Shown: positions 51,460 to 61,845 of the stretch, in pieces | Layout of the letters: the number at the start of each line of letters is the position of its first letter | Numbering within the stretch: position 1 is the first letter of the stretch | From: an uncultured Verrucomicrobiae bacterium | GTDB lineage: Bacteria > Verrucomicrobiota > Verrucomicrobiia > Chthoniobacterales > JAFAMB01 | Length of the DNA: 64,000 bases | Reading direction: 5' to 3' | Assembly (NCBI GenBank): GCA_963813025.1 | Contig: CAWEXO010000008.1 | Location: 288,001-352,000, forward strand | Translations under genes and position numbers: made by a program | Notes under the pieces: model-generated | The model's input: only the letters and a program-made list of their open reading frames with translations | The model's database searches: none | What the model was told of the DNA's origin: nothing

Positions 51460-53245
51460 ATGACTCTCATCGTCTTCCAGGTAATCACTCAAACCATCTC
51501 TTCTACCTTGCACTGGTTAGGGCTCTGTTTCGGCATCAGGACCTGGGCCGGCCCGAACCCGCGCCGATGGCCATGGCTCGTCGGTACCACCATCGTGTCG
51601 GCGGCTTGGCTCCTCGCGATCATGTTGCTCGCTGCCAACAATTTTTTCGGTAATGACGGCCTACCGCCCCGGATTCCCATGGCCATGATATTAACGCTGG
51701 CTTTTGGGTACCTTCTTCTGCTTTCGACCTCATTTCGCGGCATCATCGCAGCCATTCCCCAGCATTGGTTGATCGGGATCCAGACCTTCCGCGTTCTCGG
51801 CGGCGTATTCATCGTGCGGTATCTTCAGGGCGAAATGCCAGGGTTCTTTGCGATACCGGCCGGGGTTGGTGACGTCTTGACCGGAATCTTTGCACCTCTC
51901 GTCGCTTACTGGTTGTATTCCGGAAAAAGTTACGCACGCGGCGCTGCCATCGCCTGGAACCTGTTCGGTATGGCCGATCTAGTGCATTTAGCATTGACTT
52001 CTGATATGATGATCTGATAGCAAAAAGGAGTGTTAAAACGATTGGTTCTTTCTCCGCCAGAACGTCGACGACTTAGGCAGCGGGTCTGATCTCGTAGCGG
52101 GCGAGCAGAGGAGGTGCAGCGAGCCAAGATTGTCCTCTTGATTGCTAGCGGCAGATCGCAATGGGCGGTAAGTCGGCAACTGGGATGCAGCATCAACACC
52201 GTGCGACTTTGGCTGAAGCGCTTTATGGAGGAACGTTTGGCAGGTCTTTTCAGTCGTCATCGTGGCAAGGTAGCCAGCCAACAGAGCGCCAAGCTCGAAG
52301 CTCAGATTTTGGCCGCGGCCCGACATAAACCCACGGATGGCTCGACGCACTGGAGTACTCGGAAGTTGGCGGCCGAACTTGGCACCAACCATACCCGAGT
52401 CGCCCGTGTTCTGGCCAAAGCCGGACTGCAGCCGCACCGCCTGCGCCGCTACATGGCCAGCGACGACCCGGATTTTGAAACCAAGGCTGCTGATATCATT
52501 GGTTTGTATCTGAAGCCTCCGGTCAATGCCGCAGTTTTCTGCGTCGACGAAAAGAGCGCCATCCAAGCGCTGGACCGGCTCGATCCAGTGTTGCCGCTCT
52601 CGCCCGGAAGAGCCGAGCGGCACGGTTTTGAGTACTACCGTCACGGCACGCTTTCGCTCTACGCAGCGCTCAACACCAAAACCGGCCAGGTGCTGGGCCA
52701 AACTGTGCCTCGTCACACCAGTGCCGAGTTTGTTGCTTTTCTTGAACAGATCGTCTCCAGCTTTCCCGAGGGCCAGCAGATCCACATTATCGCAGATAAT
52801 CTCTCGGCACATCGCACCTCCAGAGTCTGGCATTTTATCGATCGTCATCGCCACGTGCGGATCCATTTTACACCGACCTATTCTTCATGGCTTAACCAAG
52901 TCGAGATCTGGTTTTCCAAGATCCAACGCGACGTCATCGCCCGCGGAATTTCCGTTCGGTAAAGATTGGTAAAAAATATGACTATATCGAGCTATAAATG
53001 AAGGAAATTTAAGTGGATACATAGCAAGGTGTATAATGTATAGGTTAAAGACGCTAGTTGATGCAGTGACGATCGGCGTGACTACTGGAGGACCCGGCCT
53101 CATATTCCCCTTGGTGTTAATACCGATCTACGCAGTGCCACGCGCGTTTCTTATCCACTCCTATTCGCTCATTGGGCTTCTCCGGAAAACGTCTCGACAG
53201 CCGCAGCCGCGAGAAGCACTCCATTACGGTGCCGACGTAGCCTAG
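51460..53245 (+). pseudogene. multi-TM membrane protein interrupted by IS630
   Basis: Removing the insert restores ..GMAD-LV-DAVTIG..PLVLIP. Confidence 0.85.
51979..53057 (+). mobile_element. IS630-family element, transposase with nonsense codon and damaged 3' end
   Basis: CTAG at 51979 and 53054; VDEKSAIQAL, ADNLSAH, SWLNQVE; TGA at 52087. Confidence 0.9.
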
Positions 53246-53268
53246 CCAAAATAGAAACAAACATCCCA

Positions 53269-53355
53269 ATGAGCGTAATTGACACCCTTACCCAGCGTGA
53301 CGAAGCCTTCGCCAGCAGTCGCTTCTCCGCAGACTTGAAGATCATGCCGTCGACC
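53269..53355 (+). pseudogene. beta-carbonic anhydrase-like N-terminal relic
   Basis: MSVIDTLTQRDEAFASSRFSADLKIMPS. Confidence 0.45.
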
Positions 53356-53499
53356 GCCCGCGCATGTTTCCGAGTTTCGCCGGGTCGCTTTTTTTGTCAG
53401 GCTGACCATTACCAATAGCATATCATAAAAGGGGTTATGTGGGGCAATCCTTAGGTTAGACTAAATCTATTTGTGAATTTGGAATTTATCTTGCGTGAC

Positions 53500-53797
53500 T
53501 TTTTGCATCGCGCAGCAGCTTGCCCACATTCTTGGCTGCCACGACGTGGGTCGAGTTCCGTGACTCGCTCGAGGATTCAGATGCCTTCCACCACTGGTGT
53601 GCGGTATTCGCGGTATTGAGCCGGGAGCAGGTCCAGGCCAAGCCATTTACGAAGGCCACTGCCCTTATCGAGGTTTGCGCGTTTTTGATGTGGACAATGC
53701 TCCCTTTTTCTTCGGCCGCGAAGCTCTGGTTGAATGGCTTTTGGACGAAGTGCGCCCTGCCACAGAAAGTCAACCGGTCAATCATTTTTTGGCATCC
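53500..53797 (+). pseudogene. STAND NTPase fragment (TIR-like tail plus nSTAND1 start)
   Basis: LPTFLAATTWVEFR and CPYRGLRVFDVDNAPFFFGRE; stops before Walker A. Confidence 0.7.
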
Positions 53798-53836
53798 GAA
53801 CTCCTGCACCGCCGCCGTTTTTATCAAGAGCCGGCC

Positions 53837-56046
53837 CTACTTCGTGAGCGGCTTATTCATCGACGCTTCGATCGACTGGCCTGGAGCGTAGGGGAACTGC
53901 AACGACTCGTAATACGCAAGATCGTGCGGCGGCTCGGCATGGCCGGCCGGCAACGGCTGTTTCGACAGGCTCTGGAAATAGGAAATGGAGGCGTCACGCC
54001 ACCACTGGGCCTCGCGGTGCTGAACGGCCAGAAACGCCGCCACCTGACCAAAGCGCTCGGCGTCGACATAGGGCTTCATGCGCTCCCATGTCTGTTGCAT
54101 CCCGGCCACCTGGGCAACGCCGAGATCATAGTGCTCGACCAGCGAATCCCAGAGCGTTTCGCCGGAGGAAACAGGATAATCCCAGGGCTCATGATGGAAC
54201 CAGAGCAGGTACTTCTCGTCGAGCGCGTGCGGATCGCCGAACTGGGCCTGCACCTCCGGGGCGTATTGGGCAATCGCGTCGGTTCCAGTGGCGGTGCGGT
54301 CGAAGCCAATGCCGTTTGCATCGGCCTTGCTGTAATACACGGGGTTCCATTCCGGCCGCTTGAGATTGGCGACCCACGGACCTGGTCCGTAATGGTGACC
54401 GGTTGCCATCTGATGATGCAGCCCGAGCGGCGTCATGTAGTTCACCACCGCCTCGCGCGAGATCATCATCATGTCTACCACCGGCTTCACAAAAGCCGGG
54501 TCAGGCGTGAAGGTCTGCGCTGCCCATTCCGCGGCGATCGCGCGCTCATCCGCCTGGGGGTCCCAGGCGAGCCGGCCCATGGCGTACCAGTTGGCCTGGT
54601 TAAAGATACCATTGGTCCAGTCACGATCCGCGCCAATGTTAGAAACGCCGGCCATGCCGGTGAGCTTTTGCGGCCAGACCTTGCCTTCGATCACGCGGGC
54701 GACGGTTGATCCCTTGCCGCGAGCATAGGTGTCCGCGTCGAGCACCTCCTGCCAGAGCGCACCGAGATAGACGAGGTGCGTCGCCTGACCAAGGTATTCC
54801 TTGGTAATTTGCACCTCGAGCGTCAGCGGGGTCTTTTGCATCGCGCCGAACAATGGCGAGAACGCCTCGCGAGGCTGGAAATCGATCGGCCCGTTCTTTA
54901 CCCAGATGGTAACGTTGTCGTGGAACTGTCCGTCGAGCGGCTTGAATTCATTGAGCGCCTGGGCGGCGCGATCGACCTTGCTCTGGTCCGAATAGACGAA
55001 CGCACGCCACATCACGATGCCGCCATGCGGGGCCAATGCATCCGCCAGCATGTTGGCGCCGTCGGCGTGGCTGCGGCCGTAGTCACCCGGCCCCGGCTGT
55101 CCCTCGGCACTCGCCTTAACGAGGAAACCGCCGAAGTCGGGGATGAGCGCGTAGATCTCGTCCGCCTTGTCCTTCCACCACTGCTGCACCTGCGGATCAA
55201 GCGGATCCGCGGTCTTCAGGCCGCTCAGCACGATCGGCGTGGCGAAGTTGACGGACAGATAGACTTTAATGCCATAGGGCCGAAACACCTCCGCCAGCTT
55301 GGCCGCCTTCACCAGAAACTCATGACGGAGAATGTTCGGAGTCGCGTTGACGTTATTGAGGACCGTTCCGTTGATCCCGATCGAGGCATTGGCGCGCGCA
55401 TAGTCGCGGTAGAGCGGCTTGACGTAGTCGGGCAGCGTCCACCAGTCCCAGATCGACGATCCCGCATAACCGCGCTCCACAGAGTCTGTGAGATTGTCCC
55501 AATGATCGAGAATCCGCAGGCCGAGCTTCGGGAGGAACTCACGTCGAGATCGCTCAGGCTCTCGCCAGTTTGGATGCGTCGCAGGAATGCATAGGTTCCG
55601 TAGAGTACGCCGAGGTCGTTCTGGGCGGCAATCACGGTTGCACGGTGGCCGTTCACCTGCACACTGCGAATGAGATAGCCATCCGTGCCAAGAGTGTCGA
55701 GCGGCAGGCCCAAGGTCGCAATCAGCGGCAGCGACGTCGGCGTGCCGACGATGATGGCGCCGTCGCGGTCGACGGCAGAAGCGTTCGATGGGGCCGCCCC
55801 AAGCAGGCCGGAAAGACCGCGCATGAGTTCATCCTGCGCCGCATCGAGCGTCGGGCTATGGCTTCCCGTGGCGAGCGCTCCGGCTTCCCCCGCGAGCGCC
55901 GTTCTCGCCGATTCGGCGAGCGGCCTGTAGCGCAGCCAGAGATCATAGCCGTCTTCCGCGCGGGCCGGCTCCGCGGCGCAAATCGCAATGGCTGCCAACA
56001 CCCCAGCTAGTCCAGCAAATCGCCACTTATGCGTACACGTATTCAT
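53837..56046 (-). CDS. aguA: alpha-glucuronidase GH67, frameshift near 55530
   Basis: Signal peptide, EDGYDLWLRY, ERGYAG, YARANASIGING, KNGPIDFQPRE, QITKEYLG. Confidence 0.93.
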
Positions 56047-56304
56047 AGTGATATATATATCCATCTTATTTTTGGTTTGTCTGAAACAGAAAATCCCGAT
56101 GTAATAAATGCTGATCGCCACGCGACACAGTATGCGCGCAGCTGGGCCTCTATGCCGGAGGTTGCATTTGTAGCAGCGAGCGACGTCAATGCTGCTTCAC
56201 GACGACCGCAATTCGAAGGGCACCACTCATGGGCGAGAAAAGTTGGCTTTGATCAGGGTTTTTATACATAATATTTGATAGTCAAGCCAGGGCGGACGAC
56301 CAGC

Positions 56305-56590
56305 CTAGCGATGAATCGGTACCTTCCGATGCCAGTTGCTCAAGATGCGCCCATCGGTGTGGGGCTGCTTTGCCCATCGGATAGCGTTGGCAATGACGCG
56401 ATGGACATGGGCGTGGTGGTAGATCGGAAAGGTTTCGTGTCCAGGTCCAAAGAAGAAAATGCGGCCACGACCACGCTGGAACGTGCAGCCGCTACGGAAT
56501 ACCTCTCCTCCTTTGAACCATGACAAAAAAATCAGCTCCTCGGACGCGGGGAATATCAAAAGGTTCCCCGTACATTTCCGATTGCGGCAC
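56305..56590 (-). pseudogene. ThuA (trehalose utilisation) C-terminal fragment
   Basis: MYGEPFDIP..SWFKGGEVFRSG..PGHETFP. Confidence 0.8.
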
Positions 56591-56659
56591 TTCGAAATAG
56601 GGAGGCAAGCCTTCTGCAATCGGGTGAGATGGGGTGGATCACCCAGACTCGCTCCAATA

Positions 56660-57510
56660 CCTTTGGGATCAGTTCGAAGCCCTGGAGCCGGCGCCAATGC
56701 TTTTGGGCTTCCAGGCCGAGTTTAAAGACCATGGTCAGTGTCGCGATTCGTGAACCGGAACCCTTGGTTCGATGAGTTCGCAGCCGAACGGTAGCGAAGG
56801 TGGATTCGATGGGGTTGGTGGTCCGTAAATGCGGCCAATGTTGGGCCGGGAAGTCGTAAAAGGTAAACAGGACTTCTTGATCTTTCTGCAGGCACTCGCA
56901 GGCTTGAGGGAATTTAGCCCGGTAACTGGAGATGAACTGATCATAGGCGGCCAGAGCTGCTTTGCGGGTCGGCGCCAGGTACATTTCATGGATCAGTTGC
57001 TTGGCCTTGCCCTGAACGCTCCTGGGCATTTTATCCAGGATATTAGCCGTCTTATGTACCCAGCAGCGCCTCGGTAGCTCCGATCAAAACCAGCACGCAG
57101 GTTTCGCTGAAATCTCCAGTCGAGATCCCTTTCAGGTAAAGGGCTGGAATCAGTGCATCAACGCTCTCGAGCCCGACGCATGTACTTGGGCAGAATCGCA
57201 CTGGAAAATCGACCCCTGTCACGATGCCGGACCCGCGGCTGACGAACCCGGATCGGACCGACTCACTAACCACTTCCCGCTCCGGCAGGTGTCCATTGCG
57301 TACCACCAACCGCTGTCCATTCTCATCCCGTCGATCCTTGTGGAATTGGATATAGTCGATCACCTCATTCTCGATTGCCGCCTGTAACAGCTTCCTGGCT
57401 CCTTCTTGCAGCAACTGCTCCAGGAACGGCTTTTCTTGATCTTTTACTCGCTCATCAAGCGAGACCACTTTATTCTCTGGCACTGGTGTATCCTGATACG
57501 GCTTCCATGC
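56660..57510 (-). mobile_element. IS256-family transposase with internal deletions, right end missing
   Basis: LQAAIENEV..VRNGHLPER, LYLKGISTGDF, LRTTNPIES. Confidence 0.9.
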
Positions 57511-57601
57511 TGAGAATGGATTGTTCCAGGGGTTCAGAAACCCCGGTGACCTCCCTTCGGAACAAAAGCAAAAGGCGTCCGCGATACGCGACACATGCGG
57601 G

Positions 57602-58423
57602 CTACCGGATTGTCACTAAGGTACCGATCGGAGTTTCGAAAAACAGGTTTCGGGCCACTTCTTCCTTGCCGACTCGAATGCAACCATGACTAGCCGGCCG
57701 GCCGGGATTGAACCCCTGATGAATGCCGTATTCACTAAAAGAAAGTCTCAAGAAATAGGGCATAGCGACCTTGTAGAGAGAAGACATCCTTTTGCGTTCT
57801 TTGTCAGTGACTAAGTAATTTCCCGGAGGCGTATCGAAGCCTTTCCGTCCCGTCGATATTCGACCCTGCACGACGGGGGAACCATCCTTTAAGAGAACAA
57901 CTTTTTGTCGGGCAAGTTCGACCTCAATCGCAAAGTGCTCTGCCCGAGGGTCGCTGTTAAAAAGTTTTTGGGCGAGCTCAGGATAACCGAGCCGGGCGGC
58001 GTATTGGGCGGCTACCCACCCCCAGCTCGAAGGTGCGAAACGGGCCGCTCCGTGCTGAAGCAACAATTCACAAGCACTTTGATGTCCTAAGCTGGCCGAG
58101 AGAATGAGGGGTGTTGCTCTGGTTTCTTCCGCGAAAAAGTGAGCCAGTACCGGCTTGAGTTCGTGCAGCACCTCGAGTCGGGCGGCGGACATTTCGATGA
58201 GCCCATCCGGATTGGCCCCGCTATTCAAACTATAGCGAAGCTGATCCAGATCATTGGTTAAAACCGCTTGAGCCAGCTCGTCTTGTCGCAGATCAACCGC
58301 TTTCCCGGCAACCTGCTGACAGATGCTGTTTAGTAGATAGAGAACGAGGATGAAGGCTGACCCCACAGTCTTCTGACTACAGTCTAACTCTGCGAGCTTA
58401 ACGGTGAAGCAACCGACCTCCAA
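57602..58423 (-). CDS. ankyrin-repeat plus L,D-transpeptidase (YkuD) protein (start uncertain)
   Basis: TPLILSASLGH..LLLQHGA; ISTGR..TPPG, GIHQG, ASHGCIR. Confidence 0.85.
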   Translation of the reverse strand: MEVGCFTVKLAELDCSQKTVGSAFILVLYLLNSICQQVAGKAVDLRQDELAQAVLTNDLDQLRYSLNSGANPDGLIEMSAARLEVLHELKPVLAHFFAEETRATPLILSASLGHQSACELLLQHGAARFAPSSWGWVAAQYAARLGYPELAQKLFNSDPRAEHFAIEVELARQKVVLLKDGSPVVQGRISTGRKGFDTPPGNYLVTDKERKRMSSLYKVAMPYFLRLSFSEYGIHQGFNPGRPASHGCIRVGKEEVARNLFFETPIGTLVTIR

Positions 58424-58519
58424 GTGTTTTTTCCAGAGGCCTCAACCTAAATACTAAGATGTCGCTTGGTGAGAAGCTCACCGGTCGCAAAGCGTGGCGG
58501 TCCTGAGAAGGAACGAAAA

Positions 58520-58850
58520 TCAGCCGGCGCGCTGCTGCTTGCGGTTACGCTCTAGTTGAATGTTCAAGCGAACTTGCTCCTCTTGCAGACGCCGCTTCAA
58601 CTCAGTTTGGCGGCTCGCTTCGGTAGACTCGGCTATTTGCGCCGTTAAGCGACCGATGCCGTTCAGTAGTTCGATTTTCTTCAGGCACGAAACCGGCGTT
58701 TTTGAGCATGCTTTGGCCCACTCGCCGGTCCGGCGGAGCGCGAAAATAATCATCCAGATCTAAGGGCTTGCCTTTTCCTGGCAGAATTTCCTTCCCGGCT
58801 TCGGGCCGAGCGACCCAATCACCGATTATTTTCTCGATCCATAACGACAT
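58520..58850 (-). CDS. DUF1992 family protein, frameshift near 58740
   Basis: LPGKGKPLDLDDYF..MLKNAGFVPEE. Confidence 0.75.
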
Positions 58851-58934
58851 GCTTTGACAGAGAGACTCAGATGAGTTCGGGAAAGATCAAGGACGTTCGA
58901 CCCACTTTCTCTTTTTCAAATCCTGGCGTACCGA

Positions 58935-59867
58935 GTGGAAATGCTTCGCCAGAACGATTGGCAACTTGACCGCGCGGCGGATCTCCGCACCGACGACGCC
59001 TGGTTGCATGCCCAAATGGACAATCACTCGCTTGTCGCGCCTGTTTGGCGTGGACTCAACCTATTCTCCGCACTTGCTCCACCGGAGCCGGTTCTGATCC
59101 CGGTTTCTCAAAGGCTATCGAATCCGTTGTTTCTGGGCGTTCGGGCGGATCAAGTCGCACTATTCGCCGCGAACATTGTGGCGGAGACAGAGGAACTCGC
59201 CTTGGCCGCCGTGGGTCTTGATCGCTCTGTCGCCCGCTTTATCCATTTGCGGAGCTATTCCGGGCGGCTTTTGCCAATTGAGCGCAGCACGCTTTTCTAT
59301 GCACGTTCGCTCGCGCTTTGGCACGAAGAAACGAAATATTGCGCTCGGTGCGGCACCCGGCTTCAGTCCGAAAGCGGGGGACACGTTCTTGGCTGTCCGA
59401 ACCCCGCCTGTGGAGCCAAACACTTTCCGAGAAGCGATCCGGCGACAATCATGCTGGTTCATCAGCACGATCGTTGTCTTTTGGGTAGACAATCGGAGTG
59501 GCCGGAGGGCATGTACTCCACTTTGGCCGGTTTTGCGGAGATTGGCGAAACCTTGGAGGAGGCCGTTCGCCGTGAAGTCAGGGAAGAGAGCGGCATTATC
59601 GTCGAAAACATCTGCTACTTCGGTTCACAGCCCTGGCCATTCCCGCGATCATTGATGCTGGGCTTTTTCGCGGAGGCGATCACAAACGAGATTGTATGCG
59701 GCGCCGAACTGGAAGACGCGCGCTGGTTTAGTCGGGGCGAAGCAGAAAGCATCCTAGAGCGTCTAGGACAGCGGTTCCCGCACTTGGACACGATTGCCCG
59801 CCGTCTCATCCGTCACTGGGTCGCTGAGCAAGGCGTTTCGCGTGAGACACCAAACGTCAAAACATGA
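58935..59867 (+). CDS. nudC: NAD(+) diphosphatase
   Basis: CARCG..CPNPAC, AGFAEIGETLEEAVRREVREE, SQPWPFP. Confidence 0.95.
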   Translation: MEMLRQNDWQLDRAADLRTDDAWLHAQMDNHSLVAPVWRGLNLFSALAPPEPVLIPVSQRLSNPLFLGVRADQVALFAANIVAETEELALAAVGLDRSVARFIHLRSYSGRLLPIERSTLFYARSLALWHEETKYCARCGTRLQSESGGHVLGCPNPACGAKHFPRSDPATIMLVHQHDRCLLGRQSEWPEGMYSTLAGFAEIGETLEEAVRREVREESGIIVENICYFGSQPWPFPRSLMLGFFAEAITNEIVCGAELEDARWFSRGEAESILERLGQRFPHLDTIARRLIRHWVAEQGVSRETPNVKT

Positions 59868-59879
59868 AACGCAAAACGA

Positions 59880-61124
59880 ATGAAGAAAGATCGCGCCGCC
59901 GGCTTGCCATTTATTCTCTTGACCGTTTTTCTCGACATGCTGGGCATTGGTCTGGTCATTCCGATTTTGCCGGCCCTGGTCGGCGAATTCACCCGGAACC
60001 GGGAAGCACAATCCCTTTGGTACGGTATCCTGTTGGCGAGTTACGGACTCACTCAGTTTGTTTGCGCGCCTTTGATCGGCGCGCTCAGCGACCGGTTCGG
60101 GCGTCGTCCCGTCTTGCTCGCATCGATTTTTGGTCTCGGCTTCAATTTCCTCGTCACTGCGTTGGCGCCTTCGTTATGGCTGTTACTCGCGGCCCGGCTG
60201 ATTGGGGGCGCCACCGGGGCCAGTTTTACCGTCGCCGGAGCATATATTGCCGATATCACAGCACCCGATGTTCGGAGCAAGAGCTTTGGGATTCTGGGTT
60301 CAGTCTTCGGTCTCGGTTTTATCTGCGGCCCGATGTTGGGCGGTTTGTTGGGCCACACCAGTCTCCGGTTGCCGTATTTTGTTGCGGCCTGTCTCTCTCT
60401 CACAAACTGGATTTACGGTTTTTTTGTTTTACCGGAATCGCTCCCAAAGGAACGTCGCGCTGCGGTGGTCACGAACAAGGCCGACCCGTTTTCCGCGATT
60501 CTCGCCTTGTCGCGCTTGCGCGGAATCGGCGGCTTGGTCTGGGTGTATTCGCTGACGGTGTTCGGACAGTTCATCATTCAAACGACTTGGGTGTTGTACA
60601 CTAACTTTCGCTTCGGCTGGGGACCACGCGAAACCGGCTTTTCCCTTTTCGTCGTTGGCGCGGCGGCGACGTTTGCCCAAGCCTGGCTACTGGGAATTCT
60701 GCTTAAACGTTTCGGCGAAGTGCGGACCGCGGTCTTCGGCATGGTCTCGGCCGCGATCGCCTGTTTGTTCTACGGGCTGGCTACTCAGGGTTGGATGATG
60801 TACGCGATCATCGCCGCCAATCTGCTCGGATTTACCGTCGGTCCAGCGCTGCAGGGCATCGTTTCAAAAGCCGCCGGTCCAAGCAAACAAGGGGTTACCT
60901 TGGGGTCTCTCAATTCGATTAGCAGCCTGATGGGTGTTGTCGCGCCGCTGGCGGGCAATTTCCTGCTCGCCCTGGTCGGACACTTGCCTCCGCGCGATTG
61001 GCGGGTCGGCCTGCCCTTTTTCCTGAGCGCCGTCGTGCAAGTGGCCGCCCTCGCTCAAGCCGCCCGGCACTTCGGCCGGCTACGCCCGGCTACTCCTGCG
61101 ACCGTCCCCGAACCCTCACGATGA
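59880..61124 (+). CDS. TCR/Tet family MFS transporter
   Basis: LDMLGIGLVIP, GALSDRFGRRPVLL, AYIADIT, LPESL. Confidence 0.9.
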   Translation: MKKDRAAGLPFILLTVFLDMLGIGLVIPILPALVGEFTRNREAQSLWYGILLASYGLTQFVCAPLIGALSDRFGRRPVLLASIFGLGFNFLVTALAPSLWLLLAARLIGGATGASFTVAGAYIADITAPDVRSKSFGILGSVFGLGFICGPMLGGLLGHTSLRLPYFVAACLSLTNWIYGFFVLPESLPKERRAAVVTNKADPFSAILALSRLRGIGGLVWVYSLTVFGQFIIQTTWVLYTNFRFGWGPRETGFSLFVVGAAATFAQAWLLGILLKRFGEVRTAVFGMVSAAIACLFYGLATQGWMMYAIIAANLLGFTVGPALQGIVSKAAGPSKQGVTLGSLNSISSLMGVVAPLAGNFLLALVGHLPPRDWRVGLPFFLSAVVQVAALAQAARHFGRLRPATPATVPEPSR

Positions 61125-61842
61125 TGTCGTTATTGGCGACCCGCACCGAGAGCAGATGCGCCAGGACAGCATCGCCTGCGGGAAGCCGCTCGGCGATTCC
61201 GCGTCGCACCGCTTCTGACGCGATGCTGCGATAGCTCTGGGTACTAAAGAGCCAGGGAAGCCTTTTACCATTTGCTTCAACATCGAAGTTCTGCACCTCG
61301 AGCTGACCGCGGTTGACTTTAAATCGAGCCGCCATCCGTCCATTAAAAAATCTGTGGCGCAGGGACGGAAAGAAAGGCACGTCGGAGACAAAGGTGAGCG
61401 GAAAAGTTACTTCGGCTACAACCCAGTCAGCTTCGGTGCGGAACCGCATGTGCTGAGCAAGGTCGCGGTTACGCCCATCGCCAAAGAACCACGCGTTGAG
61501 ATCGTTTGCCGTGAAATGAATCTCTGCTTCCCGGCCACTCACCATGGCTTCTTGCAGCGCGGCGAGCTTGAGCCGGAAAGACCGTTCGTCAGCCGCGGAG
61601 GGCGGCGGCTCCAGTCGGCGCGGCTCAGCTGAGGTCATTCGATATGCGCCTTGATAGGTGGAGATAGCTCCCCACAACACGGCCGCAACGAGCAGAAAAC
61701 CAACGATTGCCAGAACGAGGCAGCCGCCAAAACACGCGCCGCTGTCTCTCCGGAACAGAACTCGAAAAGCTGGCTGTCGGTCGAGCATCGGGTGACCAGC
61801 CGAGACACGCCGCGTCGGTTCTTCGCTGCTGGCGTGTCCCAT
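61090..61842 (-). CDS. hypothetical membrane-anchored protein (start uncertain)
   Basis: GACFGGCL plus TM, FTANDLNAW. Confidence 0.55.
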   Translation of the reverse strand: MGHASSEEPTRRVSAGHPMLDRQPAFRVLFRRDSGACFGGCLVLAIVGFLLVAAVLWGAISTYQGAYRMTSAEPRRLEPPPSAADERSFRLKLAALQEAMVSGREAEIHFTANDLNAWFFGDGRNRDLAQHMRFRTEADWVVAEVTFPLTFVSDVPFFPSLRHRFFNGRMAARFKVNRGQLEVQNFDVEANGKRLPWLFSTQSYRSIASEAVRRGIAERLPAGDAVLAHLLSVRVANNDIIVRVRGRSQE

Positions 61843-61845
61843 GTT

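Noticed and set aside
52033..52866. Long antisense ORFs over the IS630 transposases (also 45929-46495)
   Set aside because: Shadow ORFs of GC-rich coding strands
53597..54709. 370-aa plus-strand ORF
   Set aside because: Only the first ~65 aa are STAND-like; the rest is antisense to GH67
59880..61124. tetA resistance gene
   Set aside because: Generic TCR-family MFS coupled to nudC with no adjacent TetR; substrate cannot be assigned
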